The position numbers and the translations under genes were made by a program. Shown here piece after piece: positions 9,545 through 18,267 of a stretch of DNA of 27,621 nucleotides (the stretch's first letter is position 1; each line of letters begins with the position of its first letter). The DNA comes from a virus (Duplodnaviria > Caudoviricetes): IMG/VR virus record IMGVR_UViG_3300022930_000027, positions 1 through 27,621 of that record, one strand, 5' to 3'. The notes beneath the pieces were generated by a model. It did no database searches, was not told the origin of the DNA, and was given only the letters and a program-made list of their open reading frames with translations.

Positions 9545-10369
9545 TTAAGGGATTGTAGCCGTAACTGTAGTTGTTGCTGAAGTCTCAACTCCTGCGCTAT
9601 CTGTAACAGTCAACATAAAGACATATACACCTGTAATCAATCCGCTTACCGAGTTGCTTAATGCTGTCGGTGTAGCCATTACAGGAGTATTAGGTCCTGA
9701 AACCATTGTCCATAACTGGCCAGTAATAGTTTTTCCAGCAGCTGGTGAAGCAGTACCGGTTAATACTTTTGGATTTGTTGAAGCCGCACTGTTTGCGCCT
9801 GCACTAACCGTTGCTGGAGATCCGTTAATTGGAACACCTGCAGCATTTACCCATTGTTTTACAGAAATAGCTCTTACTCCATTGGTAGTGATAAAATCTT
9901 TCAAATCACCTGAGATAACGAATTTTTCAACATTATTGAATGTGATAGCATCTGCAGTACCCATCGTTCCTTCGATTGACGGAATAGTGATGATTGCTTT
10001 TTTACCATTTTTCAATGAAGTAAAAATTTGCATTGAGAATGTAGCAATCTTTCTGTCCGCTAGCTCTGTGACTGTTGAAGTAGTTGCATCGTAAACCACA
10101 TTCGACATTAACTGCTCAATTGCTGGATTTTGATCCAATAATGATAACTGAATTCTGTCAGGATCACCAGGAGTAGTAAATGTAACATATGAGTATGATT
10201 TGCCGTCGGCAATCAATCTTTCAATAGAATCCACATTCTTAGTTCTGACAACTGTACCAGGAGCGATATATTCAGTAATATCGATCATGTTAACTAAAGT
10301 GGTAGATGTTGAAGCAGGCCCGATTAGGATCTTTTCAATTCCACTTAAGGTATATTTTGTTACTGCCAT
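9545..10369 (-). CDS. Major tail tube protein with C-terminal PKD/Ig-like domain
   Basis: Synteny; N-terminal LSGIEKILIG; C-terminal VSAGAN..LTGTAS..WTMVSGP..SGLITGVYVFMLTVTDSAG is a PKD-type Ig pattern. Confidence 0.8.
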   Translation of the reverse strand: MAVTKYTLSGIEKILIGPASTSTTLVNMIDITEYIAPGTVVRTKNVDSIERLIADGKSYSYVTFTTPGDPDRIQLSLLDQNPAIEQLMSNVVYDATTSTVTELADRKIATFSMQIFTSLKNGKKAIITIPSIEGTMGTADAITFNNVEKFVISGDLKDFITTNGVRAISVKQWVNAAGVPINGSPATVSAGANSAASTNPKVLTGTASPAAGKTITGQLWTMVSGPNTPVMATPTALSNSVSGLITGVYVFMLTVTDSAGVETSATTTVTATIP

Positions 10370-10396
10370 AATTATTTGTTTTATGCCCTAAGGCGG

Positions 10397-10825
10397 TTAA
10401 ATATTTTTAAAATTGTTTTGTGATGCTTGGTAACTAAATGCAATGTTTACGAAATAGCTACCGTCAGTATCCTTTAATAAAATTGGCATTTCATCAACCC
10501 AACTTTCAAAATGAGGCATTCTTTGCCCGTCTATAAGTGGCTTGATTACTTTAGCTAAAGTAGATAGTACCTGTTGATTGGGGAGCGAAACGGATTTACC
10601 ATTGATTGTTGATATAATCGCAGGTACATAGCAGTTTACATTACCTGCTCCTTTCTGCTCGGATGAGTTGGTTATGCCTAAAGCGTTAACGACAATTCCC
10701 CTAACTTCTGGACCAGTAGTTTTAACACTAGGATCAATCCTGCCACCGCTAAGCAACGCCAATACCTCAGGAGTGTTTATCAAGCCAATTACATCGGTTA
10801 CTATATCGAATGTATCTTTAGCCAT
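10397..10825 (-). CDS. Putative tail terminator protein
   Basis: 142 aa immediately upstream of the major tail gene; assigned on synteny. Confidence 0.55.
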   Translation of the reverse strand: MAKDTFDIVTDVIGLINTPEVLALLSGGRIDPSVKTTGPEVRGIVVNALGITNSSEQKGAGNVNCYVPAIISTINGKSVSLPNQQVLSTLAKVIKPLIDGQRMPHFESWVDEMPILLKDTDGSYFVNIAFSYQASQNNFKNI

Positions 10826-10827
10826 TG

Positions 10828-11277
10828 TTAAGCAAATAATTTATCAAGTTCGATTTCAAGCTTATTCTTACCCATTGTTAGCACGTCATATCCTTTACTC
10901 TCGACAAACACACTATAAAACTCTCCTGCCACAAGTGCTAAAGCTATTTCTTCATCAATTTCGCCAGCAACAGTTTCTAAAAGAGACATCCCTTGTTGTT
11001 TACCTTCACTAGTTTTAGTGAAAGGGAAATATGTTTCGGTTATCTTGCCATTTACAATCATTGCACAACCCATAGAAGAGCGTAAATCATATGTTATGTT
11101 TCCAAAACCGCCACCATCGCCAGGAACGTCTGCTCTTTGCTTGGCAATCTGCCTATCAATGCAATCCTTACCAGCTTCCATCAAAACTTCGGTTATCTCA
11201 TCAAACCAAGCCTGCAAATCTTCTTGGATCATTGCTTCTAAGTCACTATCGTTAAAATCTGCTTCTATACTAAACAT
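10828..11277 (-). CDS. HK97 gp10-like neck/tail completion protein
   Basis: NITYDLRSSMG (compare TGnLrsSi) and YSVFVESKGYDVL motifs; synteny. Confidence 0.7.
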   Translation of the reverse strand: MFSIEADFNDSDLEAMIQEDLQAWFDEITEVLMEAGKDCIDRQIAKQRADVPGDGGGFGNITYDLRSSMGCAMIVNGKITETYFPFTKTSEGKQQGMSLLETVAGEIDEEIALALVAGEFYSVFVESKGYDVLTMGKNKLEIELDKLFA

Positions 11278-11280
11278 GCC

Positions 11281-11613
11281 TTATACATTAATCCTGTAAC
11301 TTAATTGTGCCTGATAGATTTCCTTAACTGTGCCTTTATACATCTGTGCGCCACTTGCGACGTCGATAACTTCAATCAGTTGCCCATCTTCAGGAACTTC
11401 GCCAACATCGCACCTGATCTGACCGACCTGAATACGCTGCGTGCTGTCCTCATTCTGGTAAACTTTTCCATTACCGTTTGTATCGTGGTACCTGCATGGA
11501 ATTTCCTTTTCGATACCCTGAACTCCTGGGATAGGATAATGCGTAACAGGATCAATCGTCGCCTCCCCATCAGGCGTTCTCCATTTCAAAATATGAGGCC
11601 TAAGCGTTACCAT
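11281..11613 (-). CDS. Putative head closure protein
   Basis: 110-aa beta-rich ORF after the adaptor; synteny. Confidence 0.55.
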   Translation of the reverse strand: MVTLRPHILKWRTPDGEATIDPVTHYPIPGVQGIEKEIPCRYHDTNGNGKVYQNEDSTQRIQVGQIRCDVGEVPEDGQLIEVIDVASGAQMYKGTVKEIYQAQLSYRINV

Positions 11614-11924
11614 AGATTAACCTGCTTAACAGTTGGCTTGGCGATAGCAAATGGATCTACTAAGCCCCACTTTAAATAGATAGCTGATACGATATCCTTT
11701 AGGTTGTTGCTGTACTTGATACTAACGTCATCCTCCTTTAGTTCGGTAACCTGAATGGTGGTTAAAAGAAACCCTGCCCACACTAAGTCAACCTCCATTC
11801 CCTGAGCTGTTGGATCGTATGCGGACGCACCGTCTAATCCTGCCTCAAGTAATGCCAAGTCAATCTCACCACTCGTTAAAGAGAGGGATTTTACTTTAGT
11901 AGATAGGGCTTCTTTTATGGTCAT
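11607..11924 (-). CDS. Putative head-tail adaptor
   Basis: 105-aa helical ORF (MTIKEAL..., EDDVSIKYS) downstream of the capsid gene. Confidence 0.6.
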   Translation of the reverse strand: MTIKEALSTKVKSLSLTSGEIDLALLEAGLDGASAYDPTAQGMEVDLVWAGFLLTTIQVTELKEDDVSIKYSNNLKDIVSAIYLKWGLVDPFAIAKPTVKQVNLW

Positions 11925-12091
11925 GATACCAATCCTAATTCAATAAGTTTCGCAAGTCTTTCGGCATCCAAATGAGATACATCATCTCCAACTGAGTATA
12001 CAATTGAAAAATCATTTATGTCATTGAAGGGATTAACAACCAAGTGCTTTTTTGCACCTGATTGTTCTTTATTTTCTTGCTGCTTAGCCAT
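11921..12091 (-). CDS. Small (56 aa) capsid-linked protein, missing from the ORF track
   Basis: MAKQQENKEQSGAKKHLVVNPFNDINDFSIVYSVGDDVSHLDAERLAKLIELGLVS; TAATG overlap with the capsid stop and ATGA overlap with the adaptor start. Confidence 0.8.
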   Translation of the reverse strand: MAKQQENKEQSGAKKHLVVNPFNDINDFSIVYSVGDDVSHLDAERLAKLIELGLVS

Positions 12092-13173
12092 TATGCCTGA
12101 ACAACTTTAGTGTCGATTTGATAAATCTGGTCAACACCTGTGATTACCGGTAATTGACGAGCTTGTACATCTGTCCATTCACCAAATGGTTTGTGGGTAA
12201 CGTATTTACTTAACAATGTTCCGAATTCACCATTACGGTATTCAACAGCTTTTGAACGGTGGCTATCTTCTACAACTTTTTTCCAAACTAGGTTACCCAC
12301 GTTGTTGTCGGTTAATAAGATAACTTTACCCTCATCCCAAGCCTTAACGGTTTTCTTAACACCATCTAATTCGAACTTAACAGAACGATCAATGATGATA
12401 ACCTGCACACCCAATTCAGTTTCTAAAAACTCTTGGAAAGATGCGTAGCTAGGGATTGGTTTGGTAGTACCGAAATTACCAATGCTAGTTGCGTATAAAT
12501 TAGCTGCTTCTGTTGTTTTACGTGCTAAGTTATAGGTAACCTTATCCAACATGATATAAGCAATTGTTTTACCAGCAGCATTAGCCGTTGAAATCATTTC
12601 CTGCATATCAGTAATTGGGGTTGCGCTTGCAGCTGTGGTCCAAACTACAGGAACACCTTTTTTATTCGCGGTTAAGTAGCCGTAATCAACACGAATTCCC
12701 GAACCAACATTATCGCTATCGGTTAACGCCACACCGCTAGATAAACCACGTAAAAACAAATATTCTTTCTGCTCTTCAATACCAACCAGGGCACGTTTAG
12801 CGTCATCGAATAATTCAGTTACAATTTCAGAAACATCAGCATTCTTAGCTACCATTGTATCTAATTGATCTAACTGATTTTCGTTCATCTTCATTTCCAT
12901 ACCTAATTTTGGAATATCTCCAGAGGCGGTTGAGATTGATGGGCGTAATTTTAACGGTAAAGGAGAATCCATTGCTACAACATCAGCAACTACATTCTGA
13001 TTGTCAGCAGTAATTGACGTCCATTTTCCATCCATTGATTGTTTGGGAGTAAGCATTGACTTATGCAAATACATAGGCGCTTTATCTTCTCCGTTTAGGG
13101 TTTTAGTGACTTTTGCCACAAAACCAGTAAAGTATTTTTGAATGTACTTTACAAATTGCGATTGTTCTGCCAT
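12091..13173 (-). CDS. Major capsid protein (lambda gpE-like, HK97 fold)
   Basis: 360 aa with ADVVAMDSPLPLK, GDIPKLG and W...ATPITD motifs; follows the scaffold and decoration genes. Confidence 0.88.
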   Translation of the reverse strand: MAEQSQFVKYIQKYFTGFVAKVTKTLNGEDKAPMYLHKSMLTPKQSMDGKWTSITADNQNVVADVVAMDSPLPLKLRPSISTASGDIPKLGMEMKMNENQLDQLDTMVAKNADVSEIVTELFDDAKRALVGIEEQKEYLFLRGLSSGVALTDSDNVGSGIRVDYGYLTANKKGVPVVWTTAASATPITDMQEMISTANAAGKTIAYIMLDKVTYNLARKTTEAANLYATSIGNFGTTKPIPSYASFQEFLETELGVQVIIIDRSVKFELDGVKKTVKAWDEGKVILLTDNNVGNLVWKKVVEDSHRSKAVEYRNGEFGTLLSKYVTHKPFGEWTDVQARQLPVITGVDQIYQIDTKVVQA

Positions 13174-13583
13174 TATGCTAAGTCTGATCTAAATTTAATT
13201 TTGTTACCTACAGCCGTTAAAAAAGCTGATTTAATTGACGTAATAGAGAAAGGAGACGCAACCTCGTTTACCCAACCCTCCAACATCACACCGGCGAACG
13301 GGCGTTTGGTTAAGATTGTCGCTACGTTTACACCTACATAAGTATGTGAAGCTGGTAGGGCATCATAAACAGTATTGCCGGTTGTTAATGGCATTGGTTT
13401 GTAATTACCTGTTGATGTTTCCTTAATGATGATGTGACCTGCATTAATTACATCTGCTGTAAAGCCGGTTGTATCTAATGACTTGCCACCTGGAATTGAA
13501 AATTGATTATCGATAATGACAATACTGTCTTTTGAATTATCGATGTTTACAATTTCATTCACTAAATTGACTTGTACTGCCAT
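13173..13583 (-). CDS. Head decoration protein (putative)
   Basis: 136 aa between scaffold and capsid (IPGGKSLD, YKPMP); translationally coupled to the capsid gene. Confidence 0.65.
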   Translation of the reverse strand: MAVQVNLVNEIVNIDNSKDSIVIIDNQFSIPGGKSLDTTGFTADVINAGHIIIKETSTGNYKPMPLTTGNTVYDALPASHTYVGVNVATILTKRPFAGVMLEGWVNEVASPFSITSIKSAFLTAVGNKIKFRSDLA

Positions 13584-13586
13584 TTT

Positions 13587-14237
13587 TTAGATTCTAAGAT
13601 TTGCAAATGCTGCATCGACTTCCGCCTCTGTAGCTTCTTTTTTGGTGCTGGCATTATTGCCACCTACACCCCCCACAGGTCTATCATTACCCAAACCTTG
13701 ATTGGCTTCGTCTTGGATAAAAGCCTTTGCATCTTCGGTGGCATCAGTTAGGTATGAAGTAAAATCTTCATCATCCTTAAATGCCATACGGTCGAAGTCT
13801 TTTAGTGCTTTGGCCTTAAACACATCCGAAGTTCCCTCCAATGTTTTTGCGTACTGTTCCCTACGGGTTGTTGCCACTTTTTCCTGACCAAATGAGGCTA
13901 ATTGTTGCTCAGTTTTCTCCAACTTTTTCATGATAAGGCGTAAAGCCTTGTCGGTGGCAGTTTCGTTTGGATCAACTTCCTCTTTTGTTTCGGTCGTTGT
14001 GGTAGTTTCAACTTTTACAGGCTTTTTAACATCACTCACTTGTCTGCTTGCTACTGATTGCACAAAGTCTGCAACTGGTTTAGCATTGGTAACTGCTGTT
14101 GTTAAATCCTCATCCGCTGATTCATCGGTTAGAGATTGTTGGGAGATGATTAGATCTGCCAAACTCTCAAGTTCTTTTGCGTTAAAACCCTTGCTTGCAA
14201 ACGAGGTCTTTAACAATGCTATTAATTTGATTTTCAT
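13587..14237 (-). CDS. Capsid scaffolding protein (putative)
   Basis: Acidic helical 216-aa protein with low-complexity linkers and a C-terminal EATEAEVDA helix; synteny. Confidence 0.65.
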   Translation of the reverse strand: MKIKLIALLKTSFASKGFNAKELESLADLIISQQSLTDESADEDLTTAVTNAKPVADFVQSVASRQVSDVKKPVKVETTTTTETKEEVDPNETATDKALRLIMKKLEKTEQQLASFGQEKVATTRREQYAKTLEGTSDVFKAKALKDFDRMAFKDDEDFTSYLTDATEDAKAFIQDEANQGLGNDRPVGGVGGNNASTKKEATEAEVDAAFANLRI

Positions 14238-14281
14238 GTGAATTGCACCCCTATTTTGCCCGTGTAGGTAGGGTTACGATG

Positions 14282-14326
14282 CGAAATTACCCCTATGATG
14301 TGGGTGGCTAAAGCTGGTGCGCTTAC
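14282..14326 (-). promoter_or_regulatory. Candidate late promoter B (scaffold-capsid operon)
   Basis: Minus strand GTAAG, 32 nt, then TAATTTCG. Confidence 0.55.
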
Positions 14327-14366
14327 TTGGTATCGGTGGTAAATAATTCCGTAATTTTTGCGCATT

Positions 14367-14480
14367 AAAAAGCCCTGCATAACTTAATATACAAGGCTAA
14401 ACCAGTGCGCTACGTTTCATTCACGCATTTGCCACATCTAGTGCGACCTTCTTTCCTTGAACTAACTGGTAATGTTTTAT
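14367..14480 (-). ncRNA. Candidate ~110-nt small RNA with its own terminator
   Basis: -7-like TACATTTA at 14485-14492; ACCAGT/ACTGGT helix enclosing two hairpins; ends in AGCCTTGTATA-TTAAGT-TATGCAGGGCT-TTTT. Confidence 0.4.
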
Positions 14481-14563
14481 CGGGTAAATGTACGATATTT
14501 TGATTTATCGGATAAATAGCCGATATGATTACACTTTTTTGGAATTGTATTTAAATTAAAAAT

Positions 14564-14580
14564 TACTAAATTTATTAGTA
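14564..14580 (+). promoter_or_regulatory. SOS-type operator TACTAA-N5-TTAGTA
   Basis: Palindrome containing CTAA-N5-TTAG (recalled as a Bacteroidota non-canonical LexA motif); overlaps a -7-like TATTATTG upstream of the SRAP operon. Confidence 0.7.
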
Positions 14581-14595
14581 TTATTGTGGTTCGGC

Positions 14596-14823
14596 ATGAA
14601 CAAAGAAATACTTTTTGACGCTGCTTTTGGTGACGAAATTAAACACGTTCGTTTGCTAGGGATGAATGGACATAACGGATGGTATCATGTTTACATGGAT
14701 AACTATTTTAAGGGACAAATGTTCTATCGGGATGAGACGTGGGTATTCTTTGGCAATAGTCAAAACGAATTTACGTTCGAAGATGTTGAAATATTGGGAC
14801 AGATTATTGATGAAAATAATTAA
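14596..14823 (+). CDS. Small acidic hypothetical protein (mini-protein 1, 75 aa)
   Basis: ATG at 14596 preferred to the TTG at 14584; first gene after the SOS box. Confidence 0.7.
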   Translation: MNKEILFDAAFGDEIKHVRLLGMNGHNGWYHVYMDNYFKGQMFYRDETWVFFGNSQNEFTFEDVEILGQIIDENN

Positions 14824-14832
14824 CTTTAAATT

Positions 14833-15555
14833 ATGTGTTACCATACATCAGTAAAAACAAAGGGCAATCAGATTGCTGCAAATTATAATGCACCTTTTCC
14901 TGATCAGGATAAATTTGAGCCGATTTATCATGCAAACGGATTTGCGCTGCCTACATTACCTGTTTTGTTAAAAGATAACAATGATAAACAGATTGATCTC
15001 ATAAGGTGGGGATATATTCCGGGTAACAGCGAGAGCATGGAGTCTGCAAATAAATTTGCTAGAACGAGATTAAACGCAATGTCCGAAAAGGTATTCTACA
15101 ATAGTTATGGCGAAACCATATTTACCAATAGGTGTATAATTCCTGTTACTGGGATATTTGAGTCGAAACATGTTGGAAAAGAAAAAGTTCCATATTTAAT
15201 ACATCCAAAAGTACAGCCATTTTTTAACCTGATTGGAATATACCATGATTGGGAAGAGCCTAGCTCATCACAGGTAATCCGTTCATTCGCAATATTAACA
15301 GGGGTAGCCAATGAGTTTATGGCGGACATACATAATTCAGCAAAACGCATGCCTTTGATGATAGACATCAGTCAGATTGATTATTGGTTGGATCCAAGCC
15401 TGTCCAAAAGTTCTATAAAGGAGATGATGAACCCTTGCGACGATAGGGATATGGCAGCTTACGAGGTGTCAAGGATTTTAAATAAAGCGAAAATTGACAG
15501 CAATATTCCAGAGATATTAGAGGAGGTACGTAATCCAGCGGTTAATAAGGAATAA
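14833..15555 (+). CDS. SOS response-associated peptidase (SRAP/HMCES/YedK family, abasic-site protection)
   Basis: N-terminal MC (Cys2), RWG, LNAMSE, RCIIPVTGIFE and IHNSAKRMP motifs; catalytic Cys, Glu and His all present. Confidence 0.93.
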   Translation: MCYHTSVKTKGNQIAANYNAPFPDQDKFEPIYHANGFALPTLPVLLKDNNDKQIDLIRWGYIPGNSESMESANKFARTRLNAMSEKVFYNSYGETIFTNRCIIPVTGIFESKHVGKEKVPYLIHPKVQPFFNLIGIYHDWEEPSSSQVIRSFAILTGVANEFMADIHNSAKRMPLMIDISQIDYWLDPSLSKSSIKEMMNPCDDRDMAAYEVSRILNKAKIDSNIPEILEEVRNPAVNKE

Positions 15556-15570
15556 TGATATAAAATTAAT

Positions 15571-15783
15571 ATGGAACCATTTGATATTGAACTTGTAGGC
15601 ATGACCTACACAATTTATCCACAGGAAAACGGGAACTTTAGAGTTTTTGAATGGGAAAAATATATTGGAACGTTAGAACCGATTGCTAATGATGATACAT
15701 CGGTAGAATGGGTAACGGCCGACTTAATGAGCGTAGATCTTGCCCAACAAATTGGAGAACTGATTGAAGAACACGAAATGTAA
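15571..15783 (+). CDS. Small acidic hypothetical protein (mini-protein 2)
   Basis: 70 aa in the operon, same pattern as mini-protein 1. Confidence 0.7.
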   Translation: MEPFDIELVGMTYTIYPQENGNFRVFEWEKYIGTLEPIANDDTSVEWVTADLMSVDLAQQIGELIEEHEM

Positions 15784-15785
15784 TT

Positions 15786-16322
15786 ATGATACAGCAGCCA
15801 CGGATTAACCCATTAAAACATAAGAGTAGTAAAGAGGTAGTTAAGAAATTATACTCTCAATTCGGCAACCACATTCACTCTTTGATTAATCAAAGCGGAA
15901 ACCTATTTGAGCTTGTTTTAGCTTCGACTGGAAACTTTGAAGACGTGGTAACTTCTTTGAAAGAATTTGCTGATGAGCAGCTAGAAATTAGTGTTGAATA
16001 CTGTTTTAGTAGAGGGGATGGTTTTTCAATGGTATTTTTATCACAAATTGGAAACGATAAAAGGCATATTCAAACAATAAACGGTAAGCATTTGAGTTAC
16101 GAACTTGAATATAAAGGTGAAAATAAGGTTTTTCATATTGTACAACTGAGAGGCCGGAAAGATATTGATGTGTATAGGGACTTTTCATTTATGGAGGTTC
16201 TTAGAAAGATAGATTATAAATGGAGCTTGTATCATTTTGAAGATTTTGGTCAACGTTTAGGTAGGTTCTTAGAGAATGATGAAAGGTTTATCAAAAGTGG
16301 TTTCAAAATTGACTATCAGTAA
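15786..16322 (+). CDS. Hypothetical protein (178 aa)
   Basis: Tightly packed in the plus-strand operon; no motif recognised. Confidence 0.65.
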   Translation: MIQQPRINPLKHKSSKEVVKKLYSQFGNHIHSLINQSGNLFELVLASTGNFEDVVTSLKEFADEQLEISVEYCFSRGDGFSMVFLSQIGNDKRHIQTINGKHLSYELEYKGENKVFHIVQLRGRKDIDVYRDFSFMEVLRKIDYKWSLYHFEDFGQRLGRFLENDERFIKSGFKIDYQ

Positions 16323-16342
16323 TTGTAATCAAAAAAACTGGA

Positions 16343-16552
16343 ATGAATACCATAATATACGAATGCAAATTGTTTAATGTTCCAATTATTTTCCGTTTAG
16401 TTCAGCACATGCCAGGCGAAAGCTACCAGTTATACCAAGAAGGTACGCTTATCGGTAGGGTAATCAATGTTGAAGATAGATGTGTGCAAGTAAGTGGCAG
16501 GGAAATAAGCTCAAAAATGTTAGATGATATTTATAAATTGTTAAACTTATGA
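16343..16552 (+). CDS. Small hypothetical protein (mini-protein 3)
   Basis: 69 aa; YQLYQEGTLIGRV followed by a C-terminal helix. Confidence 0.6.
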   Translation: MNTIIYECKLFNVPIIFRLVQHMPGESYQLYQEGTLIGRVINVEDRCVQVSGREISSKMLDDIYKLLNL

Positions 16553-16815
16553 TCAACGAAGACAACGAAATGGAACAAAGAGAGAATGAGGCAATAGCTG
16601 ATTTCTACGCTACAATTACAACACTTTACCTTAACCAGTTGAAATCACATTCATTTAGCGATGATACGATTGTGCTCGAGCTGCTCGATGATGTGAATAT
16701 GAAATTGTTTATTGATGATTTTAAAGAGGATTATCAGGACTACTGGAACTTCGATAAACACATTACTGTTGAATTCAGGTGGTTTGGAGTTGTAGAGCAG
16801 TTTGTGATTAGTTAG
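16549..16815 (+). CDS. Acidic hypothetical protein
   Basis: ATGA overlap with the preceding gene; 88 aa. Confidence 0.55.
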   Translation: MINEDNEMEQRENEAIADFYATITTLYLNQLKSHSFSDDTIVLELLDDVNMKLFIDDFKEDYQDYWNFDKHITVEFRWFGVVEQFVIS

Positions 16816-17131
16816 GAAACCATGTATTTGGTCCTGTACCAATTACAGACCAATCCAATTCTGCTTGTTTAGTTGGGTTGATAATTTTAATATAAAAATC
16901 TGCTGTTTCAGCTTGGCACAACCAAAACTTTACCATTTCCCTATCAAATTCAATCTCTGGCAGCTTCTCAAGTTCTGTATAGAAACTGCCAGAAAAGGCT
17001 TTCAAATTCATGTTAGTTGGTAGAATTAATCTTATAGTGCTGATGTGATCATAATAAACACATTCTATACCGCTGCCAGCAAAGTGCTTAGCAAGGTTTT
17101 TGATTAGCTGTAAGATGTATGGGTTCTCCAT
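16808..17131 (-). CDS. Hypothetical protein, probably on a leaderless transcript
   Basis: 107 aa; TATATTTG (17136-17143), 4 nt, then ATG. Confidence 0.6.
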   Translation of the reverse strand: MENPYILQLIKNLAKHFAGSGIECVYYDHISTIRLILPTNMNLKAFSGSFYTELEKLPEIEFDREMVKFWLCQAETADFYIKIINPTKQAELDWSVIGTGPNTWFPN

Positions 17132-17143
17132 ACTGCAAATATA

Positions 17144-17323
17144 CTAAATAATCACTCCAACACTACTACCTCTCCATTTTTCTACCCACTCTTTAATAAC
17201 CGTTCGATCATTGGACTTAGTTTCGTATTTAGCCAAATGGATTGCTATTGGCTCTACGCCCATGGACTTAGCTGCTGCAGCTATTTCGTGCGGCTGGTTA
17301 CTTATTGTCTTTTTGTCTTTCAT
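17144..17323 (-). CDS. 59-aa helical protein, DUF3606-like, missing from the ORF track
   Basis: MKDKKTISNQPHEIAAAAKSMGVEPIAIHLAKYETKSNDRTVIKEWVEKWRGSSVGVII; fills the intergenic gap; family resemblance is by eye. Confidence 0.55.
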   Translation of the reverse strand: MKDKKTISNQPHEIAAAAKSMGVEPIAIHLAKYETKSNDRTVIKEWVEKWRGSSVGVII

Positions 17324-17531
17324 AATTTGCTTTTCTTGATAGGATTACTCCCAGGTGAAACATTGTTGTTGCATTGTGATCTTTCCGGATCTTCTTTAAT
17401 AGTTTTTCAATAGAACTTAAGCTACATGATTTGTAGCCCTTTTTCTTAAGTTCTAAAGCTATTTCCTTTTGAGTAAGTCCTTCAAAAAGGTACTCAATCA
17501 ACAATTCTTCTATGGTTTTAGTAGTTGGCAT
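17298..17531 (-). CDS. Stand-alone LuxR/GerE-like HTH protein
   Basis: LFEGLTQKEIALEL...SLSSIEKLLKKIRKDHNATTMFHL matches the LuxR-type HTH pattern. Confidence 0.75.
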   Translation of the reverse strand: MPTTKTIEELLIEYLFEGLTQKEIALELKKKGYKSCSLSSIEKLLKKIRKDHNATTMFHLGVILSRKANYERQKDNK

Positions 17532-17534
17532 TTG

Positions 17535-17867
17535 TTAGGCTGATTTAAGTTTAAAAGTGTCAATTCTAGTAGGATCTGGATGGTTAAGTTCATAACCCAT
17601 TGAAAGCATTAAATCAGATTGATCATCTTGAACATTAACCATACTTTCAAATTTGTTATGCCCACAGCAACTACCATGAGTGATAACACCTTTGTTCCAT
17701 AAATCTTTTATCTCATCGTATATGCAAGGGTCAATACTTACCAATGAGGAAAGACCTTCTTTAAGTCTGGCGTTTTTATACGCTTCCATATGAGGTGGAA
17801 TTTCAACTGTTACCATTTGGGCATAACACTCTTTTGTTTGTGGAGTTATATTTTTACAATTGCACAT
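17535..17867 (-). CDS. Cys-rich phage protein with a TYW3-like motif
   Basis: IDPCIYDEIKDLWNKGVITHGSCCGH resembles the ID..I..l...n.....T.sSC.G motif of TYW3-like proteins. Confidence 0.55.
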   Translation of the reverse strand: MCNCKNITPQTKECYAQMVTVEIPPHMEAYKNARLKEGLSSLVSIDPCIYDEIKDLWNKGVITHGSCCGHNKFESMVNVQDDQSDLMLSMGYELNHPDPTRIDTFKLKSA

Positions 17868-17868
17868 G

Positions 17869-18264
17869 TTATTTATTTTTAATTAAAACTGCAAATTTAC
17901 CTTCTGGTATTTCTAGCCTCTGCATTAGCGTATCAAAGGCTTCTTTGGCTGTCCATTTCCAGATATCATTAATATAATCTTTGTAGCAAGGAACATAATA
18001 AGGCTGAGATACTGGATCATAGTATTCACTACTATCAACAACCCTTTTACACTCTTCCTCTGTAAGTTCAGGGTGTATGCCTACTAATTCAAAGTCCGCA
18101 TCAATCTCTATGTCGTGTCCGTTAGCTCCACATTCTGGTGTGTAGTAGTGTATATATGTTCTTTGTGGTAAGAAAATAGTTTCTTCTATTCTTACTTGAT
18201 AAGCGTTACGAGGCAACCCCACCACCAATACGGTTTTGTCGGTTAATTCTATCTGTTTTTGCAT
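17869..18264 (-). CDS. Hypothetical phage protein
   Basis: 131 aa, tightly packed in the leftward operon. Confidence 0.65.
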   Translation of the reverse strand: MQKQIELTDKTVLVVGLPRNAYQVRIEETIFLPQRTYIHYYTPECGANGHDIEIDADFELVGIHPELTEEECKRVVDSSEYYDPVSQPYYVPCYKDYINDIWKWTAKEAFDTLMQRLEIPEGKFAVLIKNK

Positions 18265-18267
18265 GGG

